The translations under genes were made by a program, and so were the position numbers. This document shows positions 12,750 through 25,100 of a stretch of 64,000 nucleotides of DNA, piece after piece. The notes under the pieces were generated by a model that was not told where the DNA came from, made no database searches, and was given only the letters and a program-made list of their open reading frames with translations. This DNA comes from Tubulanus polymorphus (Eukaryota; Animalia; Nemertea). The DNA lies in NCBI RefSeq assembly GCF_964204645.1, contig NC_134026.1, forward strand, positions 29,298,150-29,362,149, written 5' to 3'. The stretch's first letter is position 1, and each line of letters starts with the position of its first letter.

Positions 12750-15700
12750 ATGTCGGATTCAAAGAATCACTCAATGGAAGAGTATCCTATGATACCGCCG
12801 AATTCTAACTACAATAATTCTAAACCTATCGTCGTCAAATCGGATGGAAATGGTTCGGCTAAAAATGGTAAATATTTGTTTTTCATTTTTCACCCAGTTT
12901 CAGCGAAGTCTGAATGACGTGGGAAAGTGTTCGCAGTCATAAATCTGGTAAATGAGGTAAAAGATTCTCGTCCAAGGCCGCGGTGGTATAATATGCTCAG
13001 CTCGTTGAGTAGAATTCGAGGCTTTTAGTGAATAATATCGAGCTTTTAGCAAATAAACTCCAACGCGTTTTCCAATTATAAATCATTTCCGTGCGTAGTT
13101 GGCTTTCATTTTATTGCTATGAGAATTGATGATCATGCGCTACGTAATCTTCCTGCAAATAATCGGATATTGTTTGAATGTCAGATAAAGTTAGGGTAAA
13201 TTTTCTAGAAAGTGACTTGTAGCGGATATTAAGGGGATGAGTTCAAAAAGCGCGATCGCACAATGATGATACCCAGATGCTCCAGATCTGAGACCCGTGT
13301 CAACTGTTGGGCCGGGCCTTATTTGACACCGGGCAAATTTGACGATGATCAAAAAAGTTTATGCGATTGCAGATTTTTTGGGACGAGTGCTACTGGATAA
13401 GTGGAGCATAATTCTCACATAATTTCTCAAAATCTGTGCCATCCATATTTTCTTTGAAATGTTTGATCCATTTAGCTACATATCGCTAGATCCATCCCTG
13501 ATAGCGGTCGAAGCTTCTAGTAAATGTTGTATTTCATTTGATAGAATTGATGGTGGACGATGAACATCAGCAGCCATTGTTATCCCCTGTTCATTTGGAT
13601 CCCGGACAAGAAGCAGCTGATGACGCTTCATTTAATGCACCAATAGGTTCTCCTGCTCCTAAAGACTGGTGAGTGTCCATAATCTCTAAACACATACACC
13701 CTCTCCTCATACCTCTCACTCCTTATGTATTCATAATTTCAGGTGTAATCTCGTTTATTTCATAATGATGTTAAATGGAATTGGAGTTTTAATGCCCTGG
13801 AACATGTTTATCACTGCTAATGATGTAAGTTACCGTGTGAACTCTCGCATTATACTTTGTGGTTGGCATTTAAACACGTAATCTGGTTGTCTAGTGCTGA
13901 GGGTTATCTAAGTGCAACGGATGTCCACCGGAATCTGCCTGGTGCAAACGAGAAAGATGTTTGATTTATAGAATCTTATACATAACTGTTATGTTTTGTA
14001 GTACTTCGTGAAGTATAAACTCAACACAAACAGCTCCGATAGCCAGGAATATAAGAATAACTTCATTAGTTATTTGGGAATCACGGCTCAGATACCGAAC
14101 GTAATTCTGAATGCGGTGAATATGTTCGCTCACTGCGGCGGTGGCAAGTGAGTAATATTCTATCATCGCTTATCAATCAATTATCATCATCAATACGTCT
14201 GATTGATACGTATTGATTTTTGTTTGACTCATCTTGTCCAGTGCATTGAATATCAGTAATCGATGAATGTTGATTATTTCAGTTTGACAATGAGAATTGT
14301 TTGCAGTATAATTGTCATGGTTCTCTGTTTTATCGTAACAATCATATTTGCTATGATCGACACGAGTGGTTGTAAGTTTCTTTCATGATTTCTGCTTTAA
14401 ACTTTATGAAATTTATCCTGTATTTGTGGCGTAAACTGTGACTATCATATCATTTTAGGGCCAGGTATATTTTTTGGAATCACAATGGCGACAGTCGTAG
14501 TTATAAACAGTAAGTTTTCAGTTTGATATTTCATCCCCTCAGATCACAGATAAATATCAGTCTCGAGCTTACAATTATTTGAAAAATTTTCAGTGGCGAC
14601 TGGATTGTATCAGAACAGTGTATTTGGAATGGCTGCCACACTTCCGATGAAATACACAAATGCAGTTGTTGTTGGTACAGTAAGTAGCTATTCCTTTGGT
14701 AGAGAGTCAAAAAATTTTTATTGTTGTAACTTCATTGTGGCTTTATTGTCACGTATTCATTGGTTCACAGTTAATGATAACTAAGCCAAAAAAGTAAAGG
14801 CCCTGGCCTATAGCGCTATATACTGGCTACACCTGATAAAATGAATATTTATGTTTGTAGAATATCAGCGGAACTTTAACCTCTATTATAGCTATAGTAT
14901 CGACAGCCTGTAAGTATTCAAATTATATGTAAAATATACTCACTAGTCGTACATTTATTCATAGTTCTAATATGTGTTTATATTATTCTAGCTTCGCCTA
15001 ATCCTCGAACTGCGGCTATTTACTATTTCTTGGCTGCCATTTTGATCCTTCTGATTGACTTCGATACTTACTTCGCATTGCCGCTTTTGGTGAGCCTCAT
15101 TGGATAAAGAACCACTGATTTTGAATATGTTAACATACTGGTTATAACGGTCATAAATTGTTTAATTTTCTTACTAGAAATTCTACAAACATTACGTCAA
15201 TAAACAGAAGGCTGAACAGATAAAAGCTGTGAATGAACAGTCGATTCAGAATGTGTCTGGTGGATGTTGTGCTGGTGGTTATTGTCACAGGTACAGTAAT
15301 GTATTCAAACAGGTTAGTATTAATGCGTAACGTACAACTTGCTATCAGCGTTGAATATGATTTTACTATTGAATCTCTACTGGAAACCTCTCTCTAATTC
15401 TTATTTCAGACATGGGTGCAGCAGATGAATGTATTTCTCACATTTTTCGTCACTCTGGTTTGTTTCCCAGCTTTGGAAGTGAAAATCGAAGCAAGTGACC
15501 CGGACTTCTTCATTCCACGTGAGATGATTATAGATTTCTATGCTGACATCTAGCTTGCAAAGGTCTTGACCTTTCTAGGTTAATCGTTTCTGCTAATTTC
15601 TGTTTCTAGCGAAGTACTATACGCTGGTTATGTGTTTCTTAATCTTCAATTCATTCGCTGTTCTGGGAAATTTGATCACTGAATTCATTAGAAAGGTATG

Positions 15701-16728
15701 TGCAAAACCAGCCAAGTAATAGGGAACTGTGGCAATCTAGGATTCTACTGATGATAAGCGAGAGTTCGCTAGTAGTTACTCAGTTTTCCGCATTCAGTTT
15801 CCTCTACACTTCAGTTAAGAATTAATCAAATGAACTTTTCACTAAAATATATCAATGAAATAATGGTGAAAACTTCGACTAATCTAGCAGGATAGCTGTT
15901 TTTGCAGGTTCCCATTGAGTCTGATATCAAGGTACTACATACCTAGGTATTTCATTCATAAGTTATGTCTTCTAATTTCAGCCTGGACCGAAGTATCTGA
16001 TTATAGTCACTATACTGCGACTTGTGTTTATACCCTATTTCATGTTGTGTAACTATAAACCAGATCGACGCTCATTTCCGGTTTATTTGAACAATGACTA
16101 CGCTTATCTCGTCGGCGGCATTCTGATGGCTTTATCTCACGGTTACTGCAGTAGTCTCTCTATGATGTATGCCCCCAAGTAAGTTGTATTCATTTAGTTT
16201 GGCAATATTTTTGAGCAAGAATGAATGTCGATATCAAAATAATGACTGGAATAATTTCATTTTACTAAATAGGCAGTTTCTACTTACCAAGTCTAAGGCA
16301 TCTGACATTTCTCACTGATGATGGTGCCTAGAAACTGCCTGAAATATTTCTATTTCGTAAATTTATTAATTTTTGTTGGATTCTCACTTGCTTGTTTTTA
16401 GGATATCATCAAACTGAGTTAAGTTCACATATTTGGGACCATCATTATGATGACAACGTTAATATTCAAATGAGAAATGATCACACTGAATAGATTGAAA
16501 TTTAGACTCGAGTGATGTGACGACTAAAGCCAGTTAGACTGTATTAAAATGAGAACATGTTTCAAACATTTATCCTGTTTTTATCCAATTTTCAGAGTTG
16601 CCAAACCTGAAGTAGCATCGACTGCCGGTATGATGGCCGCGTTCTTTTTGGTGTTTGGAATATTTTCTGGAGTTAATTTCTCATTGTTCTGTTCGTGGCT
16701 CGTTGAAAACATCGGAAACTACGTGTAG
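12750..16728 (+). CDS. Equilibrative nucleoside transporter (SLC29 family), multi-exon
   Basis: Exons read MSDSKNHSMEEY...; IMMLNGIGVLMPWNMFITAND; YKNNFISYLG; GLYQNSVFGMAATLPMKYTNAVVVG; NISGT; FDTYFALPL; FFVTLVCFP; LSHGYCSSLSMMYAP; STAGMMAAFFLVFGIFSG...NYV-stop at 16726-16728. Confidence 0.93.
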
Positions 16729-19300
16729 TTCGTGGACGTTTGAAACATGGTTTAGAGATTCAGCGAGATGAAAGATCAATGATGAGTATAAGAACGAATG
16801 GCTCTGAATGGGGCTTAAGGGTCGTGGTAGTATTTAGTAACAGGTCGAGCCACTCCTCACTGACAACTTCAGGCTGAATGAATTAACAAATTATTATGAT
16901 CTCAAACATTCAAATGAAATAGAATAGACCTGGAGTCTGTGTAGGTTAAATATCTAATAATCTTAATTCTGTACAAATGGCTTTTGGTTATTCGCAGTAG
17001 AATTATAATTCCAATTCCAACCATCTATTATAGAATTACTTGGTATTCTTTCAAAATCCGGCTTGGGAATTTATATAAAAACTTTGCTAAATGCCCGAGC
17101 GCCACTGCTTATAATCTGTAATATGATGATATATTGAAATATATTTTTATAACGGAAATTTTTAACCTCTACTGGTAGGTTATTTTATTAAGCCGGGTCA
17201 TCATAGTTTCTATAGATGCTTAGAGTGAAACATGGAAAATTGTCATTATCAAGAGTTTGAGACATTCCACTCGTTGAAACCCGCGAAGGTGTTTCATCAG
17301 TAATTAAGAGTTTTGATGGGATTGAAATGCGAGGTCAAGATGTGCCTGGTGATAGTTGACATGTGTGAAATGACAATCGCAAAAATAATTACTGAATCTC
17401 TGATAATTAGAAAGAAATAATTGTGGATAGTGTTGACATTACAGCATATTGGGCTCTATGTTGGAAAATAAGATTCAACTAATAATTGAATGAATAATGA
17501 CACTGGATTGCAGTATTATGTTATAGAATGGTTGGTACTGGTAAGCGTAAGGTTAATATCACATTCTATTCACGACCAGTTTGTTTAATGATTTTAAGTT
17601 GTTTGACAACTGTAAAACTGTTCAGGTTGTGTATATATATATGGGTATATATTTGTATGGTGCCGACTTATTTTTGTGCGCTTCCAACTTATTTGTACTA
17701 CCGGTATATATCACTATTATACTTATTCGTTTATAGAAATACGTTTTATTCGATTCATTACATCTTATTCTGATCAGAATTGATAATTTAACTTATTCCA
17801 AATAGATAACGAATACTTTATAACCTATTTTTCTTAAATTTGATAAGAAAACAAAGATTTGTTTTATATAGGTCCAGTAGTAGTGATAATGTGCACAGGT
17901 CCATCAATAAAATTGATCGAAATGTGAGTGACGGTGTGAAATTAATAAGTGTGTAGAATGTTTTATTTTTAATTAGTGAATGTAATCAATGCAATGGCTC
18001 AAAATTATTGTAATGTTTTTAATGCTAGTTATGATGTACATCGAGTGTTGTAGTATTGTAGTGATTGGGTCAGTTGTTTAACATGTGTTAGCTGAGAGAG
18101 GACATGATTTATAAGTATATTTATGTGGTTCGTGTCTTGTCACAGCTTTCATAGATAAACATGAGATATCAGATCATATTGTATTGTTGTAACTGATGAA
18201 CTATTTTTCGGCAAGATTTGAGGTTCTTATAATCGGGCTAAATTACTAAAAAGCTTTAGTAATTTTATGTACCGGTACTTAGATACTTGGGTATACCCGG
18301 CACTTACCTCAAAATGGCCCAATTCATTGAAATATTCGCATACCTCATGTCTTGCCATGTAAACACTGGTTGATTTAATATTTATGGTAGTGTCTGTCTA
18401 TCAGTCAGTCAGTGGTGTGTTACAGCGTTTAGTTCGTAAGTTGAAATAGTAGACAATTGTTTTTGAAACAATGTATGGATATAATGTACCGTAAACCTAA
18501 ACATACATGTACATGTACTCTTATCTATTTGAGATGTTGTTTATCAGTTCTATGTTTATAATGTATGATGGTCATACTCTTTTATAATAAGCGTAGGATT
18601 TACTGAACTGGAGTTGTTGTGTAGCGGTATTGTGTAGCTTCACAGTTTGACACGATACCATAATTTAATAAAACACTGCCTGTATAATTGCACCCAGGTC
18701 GATGTAGCTGCATTTAGATACTCCACATCTCTGCATCTTAATAATGATATAACGATGATTATTGATGTATGTTGTTAGTAAGTACTCCGGATATCGTACA
18801 GTATTATTAACCTGGAATAATCAAAATTAACAACCAATTGAATTAGTAATTAGTTTGTAATTGTTATCCTTGATATTTCTTGATAATGTGTATTGCAAAG
18901 TTATTCAAACGAAATCATCTGCGAACTAGAAAACTGAATTCAATCTACTTAACTGATGATACCTTAGTGGATACATTTGGTGTACCATATTAAGAATTTC
19001 TTCATTTTGCATTTGGCACTCATTCATGATTCAATTTTTCATTAATTGTCCATGTTTATCTTTTCTATAATGAGTTAGTTATTCATGTGATCATTACTGA
19101 AATAAAGTCACCTCAAACCAAGAATTGGATTATTTAAGATTTATTTCCGGTATCTATTGGAAGTTCCTTGAAGATTGCTTTAGAATCGAGAAACTACGTC
19201 GTTATTAAAGTATGAATAAATATAATCTTTACTACAATTAAACAACACTTATTTACAATATCACAAACATGACTTAAATAATGGATTCCTGTATTTGATG

Positions 19301-21579
19301 TTAATCTCTCCAGCGATTTTCAGTGACTGGCCACCATAAACCGATACGAGCATCACACCCACCACTCACCAGAACTTCATTTTGAAAATCGATCTACAAA
19401 AAAATCAGCAGTTTAGAAACTGTATTTTCCAAAAATGAATTGCCATGTTAAGGATATTCAGTAGACTGGTTGCTGCGGAGACTCGGATTATCGTGTACCC
19501 TGGACAGAACTTGTGTGCCGCAATTTTTACAATGAGGACCTACTATTATTGCTATGACCGCCCCAGAAATTGATCAGTTCCTCTAGAAGATGGGAGGCAA
19601 GCAGAGTGTATCATCGGCAGATATATACTTACTGCAGCCACTGCTTCCTGATGCTGTGTTATAGTACAGATAGGTGACGGTTTGCTAGATGGATGTAAAA
19701 CTTGAACCACTGAATCGGTACAACCAGTCATTATAGAACCAAGGTTATGTATTACACCTGTCAATTTTCCATTATGACCACTTTCACAACTCTAAAAAAA
19801 CATTTAATTCAGTATATCATTGATCAAAAATTAATGTATCACTATCTTAATGTCTTCCATGAACTTAGACATACCATAACAGGTTCAAAGAGATGATTAT
19901 TAGTATTGAAAAGATGAAGTCGTCCTTTTTTATCACCGATCCATAACTGATTCAAGCCATAAGATAAACACATCGGAAAATATTCAAACTGAAAGGAAAT
20001 TTTGATAATGTAGATTCCTGTTTCGCTTCTTATAAATCAGAGAATGCAAAATTCCTTAATATTACTCTGACCCTTGTTCCAGTAAAAATTCCCTGATCGA
20101 ATGAAAAGGTAAGAACCCTGTGAATAGCGGAAGATTTTTGGCATATTTTCAACCAACCTCAATTGTTTTGAACACTTTTCCTGCGGTTCTATCGACTATT
20201 TTGATCGTCTGATCTTCACTTCCGCTGATTACGTATTTTTCATCGGCTCCGAGACATAGAACGGAACGACGATGTGTCGTGAATACAATCGGTTTTTCTA
20301 CTCGAGAATCAATCGCATAAACTTCTTTATTATAACAACCAGCGTATAATATATCATTCACAAATAGTGAACATAAAACTGCCGATTTACATCTATATGT
20401 ATGAGAAAAAAGAACAACTGCTGAGCCTTTCAAACAAAAGTATATGCATCTAAACATGTAAACAGTCAACCCCCAATACTCTGCCCCCCATGAACTACCA
20501 TCCCACCTAACGCCTGGTTTTTTCAAAAACAAACATCCATCTTTTGTCTTGGAACTTACCTAGACAAAATCAACCCCGACATAGTCTCTACTGTCAAAAT
20601 CCTAAATCACCGATGTGGGCCTATTGGAGGCTGACTGTATTGTATGAAGTATGACATAGTGTTTTATTTGACAAAAAGACATAGCTTACTTGACAGCGAA
20701 TACTTCAGCGCAGTCAGCTTCTAGATCCCAGAACTTAATGTATGAATTCCACGATCCTGTTGTTACTATGTTGTCCTTAGATGTTACTGTCCATAACCAA
20801 GCCTACAACATTCACGAATACTGTTTACATTCCTGTATGATATTCTAGGTCTATAAGATTAATACGGAAAATAAGGCCTACCTTGCCGACATTTTTGTTA
20901 TGCAAAATAGTGTCTTCTTCTTCACAGCCTTCACGAATTTTGTTGAGATCCCATACATGAAGATTGCCATCTCTGGAACCAGCAGCTACAAATCTTCCTC
21001 CCTTAATAAGAAATTGAATGGCAATTCATACGATGATGAGAAGGCTATTTCAAAATAATGTTTTAGAGGTCAGGCCTACCTTTCCGAGGTGAACAGTATC
21101 AACGGGTGCGTATATGCCAGAGGTAAATGATTTGAAATGCATGTTTTTCTCATATTCTGACCATAAACGGCATTGCTCTTCTCTTTCCATGCAAGCGAGT
21201 TTCCAGTTAAATGTTTCATCATCAACTGAAATCAAAATACAGCATCAAAATTTAGCAATACCAGCCAGACACTTGATGAATTACAGCTCCATCTACATAA
21301 GATAGTTTTACCTGGTATTGGGGGGTAACGTTGCATCCATCTTTTAGTAAGACGTATCTTCCATGTTGAAGCATCACTTAATAACGCATGTAGACTTTTA
21401 CAAACAACAGTCAGAGTTGTGAGTATGAATTTAGCATTCAGATACGAACAAATATGCAGAAATATCTCTGGCGGTAAATTCAACAAATCTACCTCAGCGT
21501 TATCATCAACATTTGTCTGTTCTTCAACTTCAGTTTCTTTACGATTTTGATCACTTTCTTCAAGTACATCACCATCCAT
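19301..21579 (-). CDS. FBXW9: F-box/WD repeat protein 9-like (MEC-15-like), multi-exon
   Basis: F-box LLNLPPEIFLHICSYL...WKIRL; FNWKLACMEREEQ; WD repeats AAGSRDG, TGSWNSYIKFWDL, HRRSVLCLGADEKYVISGSEDQTIKIVD; last exon VLVSGGCDARIGLWW...RD-stop at 19301. Confidence 0.85.
20463..20637. mobile_element. Degenerate Tc1/mariner(pogo)-type MITE in an FBXW9 intron
   Basis: Ends CAGTCAACCCCCAATA and TATTGGAGGCTGACTG match as inverted repeats at 14/16. TA is present on the right flank; the left flank is AA. Confidence 0.55.
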
Positions 21580-21879
21580 TGTTCACCACGTACAGGTTTA
21601 AACTGTAATCTGATACAACTGGAATGAAAGAAGTAAATGATCCCAGTATTGATTAGTTATTAGGCTATTAGATCATATGTATTAATAGAAGACTACTTTC
21701 AGAATGCGTTGTGAGTCATACTTTGCTTTACACAAAAGTTGTGCAGTCACTAATGAACAATTATTTGTTGGAAGTCATCAATAATTAAATCTTCAAGATT
21801 TATGTAGCAAAACAACCCCAAAGCTACCCAAAAGGTTATACATAATAGAACAACTCGTAAAACTTTACAAGGTTTTGTT

Positions 21880-22075
21880 TTGAAGCGCGACGTCCTTCAA
21901 AATGCGCTATTCTACCACCGGGTTGTCCAACTCTGCTGACTTTCATATTATCCCTGCCACTCACACACCTACCAAATAGCCAATTAGAATCAGTCATTCA
22001 GGATTCCAGCCAATGAGATTACAGTTTGGGTGGGTGTGACTGGTTGACCTGAGTCGCGCGAAACAAATAAATGTG
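21880..22075. promoter_or_regulatory. Probable bidirectional promoter between FBXW9 and PUS1
   Basis: Head-to-head genes with ATGs about 590 bp apart; two CCAAT boxes (GCCAATTAG near 21979, GCCAATGAG near 22009); inverted CACACACC/GGGTGTG boxes; CG-containing TCGCGCGA element. Confidence 0.55.
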
Positions 22076-22164
22076 GATCCAACAGGAAAACATTGAATTG
22101 CATTGATTACTATATTACCCATGTTTTAGAGAGTGGCTTCGGAAGCTTCAGAAACCATCAATCG

Positions 22165-25100
22165 ATGATTGTGAGGAATTTATTCAAGATTAAAAGAGCA
22201 TTTTGTATCCGATCCTTGAGAATGTCTTCAATTCCAACTGAGGAACCACTGAATGCTGCTGCCGAGAAGAGCCAACAGGTTGACGAGCTTGCTGACGTTG
22301 TTGAACTGGGTGGGCCACCAGCGAAAAAACTGAAGGGAGAAGATGAAGTTTTAACGGTAGTAGAAAAAGAGGTGAATGAAGCTGGTGAGAGATTGAAAAA
22401 GAAAAAAGTTGCGTTACTTTTATCTTATAGTGGTAAAGGTTATTATGGAATGCAGTTGTAAGTTATGTTTGTTCTGTCATGATTTTTTGCTACTCAAAAT
22501 TATCTTCGTTGCATGTTTTTGAATTATGAAAAGAATTTTTCAGGAATCCTGGATTCCCAACGATTGAAGATGAATTGCTGACTGCTTTGTGCAAGGCTGG
22601 TGTCATTCCTTTGAATCACAAGGAAAACCCTTCGAAAGTTTGTAAAACATTTCTGCTATCTAATTACTGATTGTAAATTTAAGCCAACACGGGCATCTCT
22701 CTATTTATTTCCTTTTGGTTTTAGATGCAGTTCCAACGTGCTGCTCGAACTGATAAAGGTGTATCTGCTGCTATGCAAGTTGTTTCATTGAAATTATGGG
22801 TCAATGTTGAAAATGCAATAAAGAAAGTCAATGAACTATTACCAGCACAGATCCGTATGATAGGTACAGATCATTCAAATGTATTTTATATCGAAGTGGC
22901 TACTTGTACGGACCCGTACGAATAGCCTACGGAATTATTCGTACGGGTCCGTACGAGTAGCCACTTCGATATAAAATACATTTGAATAATTCCGTAGGCT
23001 ATTCGTACGCACCCGTCGGATAACTCTGGAATTATGTGTACGGGAAGGGATAGGGTTAGGGTAAGGTGAGGCTATATGTAGTTAAAACATTCAAACGATT
23101 GTCGGCGAGCTCGATGGTCTAGTGGTATGATGCTGCACTAGTAACTTACCGGCCCGGGTTCGAGTCTCGCTCTATCCGCTCTATTTTTCTCTAACTCTAT
23201 TCTCCACACTTTCCTTGAATTTTCAAAGTCGTGCACCTCTGTACGCATGCGCGGCGTTAATCGGCCAATCAGCGACAGTTATTAGCGTACAGATCCTAGT
23301 TCCGTACGAATAGCCTCCAGAGTAATCCGTACGGGTCCGTACGAGTAGCCACAGCGATTTTATATTCAGCGTGTTTTACTCGGTGAATAACTTTCTCTCG
23401 ATGATTTTCAGATTTTAAAAGAACGACTCAAAGTTTTAACTGTAAGAATTCCTGTTCTCACCGTACGTACTCATATTTCCTTCCCACGTATGCTTTTACA
23501 CCAGTTGAAGAGGTACGTCTATATTCAAAGATTGACGATGGATTTATGTTTTTTTTCCTTTGCTTAACAAAATCTTTTTAAAAATTTTAGATGGTGTTAC
23601 AAAGTTTCAGACTCGAAGATCCAGAAAAAACTATTGCTAAAGTTAATGAAGTTTTGGCCTTGTATAAAGGAACTCATAATTTCCACAATTTCACATCTGG
23701 GAAGTGAGTATTTTAAACATATTGTATTCTCTAATCTTCGAGATGTAGAAACTGATACATAATGATGATTTATAGGAAACCGGACGAAGCAAGTTCAATG
23801 CGATATATCATAGATATGCAGGCAAGTTGTCTATAATCCTATCTATCCGCTATGATTGACTGGTAGAATGAAGTATAACTGTGTAGATTGTGTCTATTTC
23901 AGTGTAGTCAACCATTCATACAGGATGGATTAGAATGGGCTGTAGTGACAGTAAAAGGTCAAAGTTTTATGTTACATCAGATCCGTAAAATGATAGGTGA
24001 GTTTTAAACTTGATTGTCTGTCTTATCAAATTAATAGTTTCCCCCATTCACATTGCTGGACAAGTTTGGTATTTTTGTAGGACTGATGATAGCAATTGTT
24101 AGAGGACTTGCTTCAATGGATGTAATTTCTAAAGCTTGGGGACCGGCTAAGGTAAAAAGTGTTGATTATGAATTGTTTTAAATGTGTATGGTTGTGTATG
24201 TTTTTAAATTGTTTTGATTTTAGGTTGATATTCCTAAGGCTCCAGGGTTAGGATTGATGTTAGAACAGGTATAACAAATTTAAGCACTTTGAAAATAATC
24301 AAAAAGAAAATATTTGTTTCAGAATTTATGTTCTACATGTTATTCATATTTTCCAGGTACACTATGATTCCTATAATAAGAAATATGGCTATGATGGCAT
24401 GCATGAGCCTCTGATTTGGGATGAACACAAGGTGAGTTTTATGTACTAGTGTGTGTTGTCGTTTAGACTGACTGGTTTTTACTAGTTGCACATTCGTTCT
24501 GACTTCTGGACCAATAATCAACTACCGGTAGTGATAAAACTGAAGATGACGTGGAAATGAACCACACCTGCTCTGCTCTGCTATCTGTAATTGATTTGGT
24601 AAACTGCTGAACCAGCCAAATCAGTATCATTATGCAAATCTAAATGAAATCATCGCATACTAACCTTAACAAAGTTCAAAGATAAATAAGATGATTATTC
24701 CAGTTCAAGAAACTTTTATTATCATTTTGACACTGATTTTAATTCAATCTACTGGAATTCCTTGCTGCTGCAGTCTGACCAACATTTTGAAAATTCAGGG
24801 GATTCCGAATCATGTTCAGCACAGGTTTCCTCACATTTCACAGCATGTTCACAACTGGTCACGCAATTGGGATCTTCATCACTTTTACAAAAATCTTTAC
24901 AGAAACCTTCAGGTCTGGCAGCAAGTGTACAGCTTACCACAGCTAAAATATAAATTGATATAGAAGATGATACTGAAAGATTGCAAATAGCCAGCGAAGA
25001 CAGGCAAACAATTAAAAGACCATTTTCATTAGAATCTAACATGCCCCCTATATTTTTGTAATACTTTATGACCCTAAAGAGATCAGATCAAACTGGTCCA

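Noticed and set aside
23107-23180. Functional tRNA gene
   Set aside because: A and B boxes are present but the acceptor and anticodon stems do not form.
22892-23356. Repeated CGTACG-rich palindromic units as a CRISPR-like array
   Set aside because: No regular repeat-spacer period and a eukaryotic intron context; the pattern is explained by MITE TIRs and an inverted duplication.
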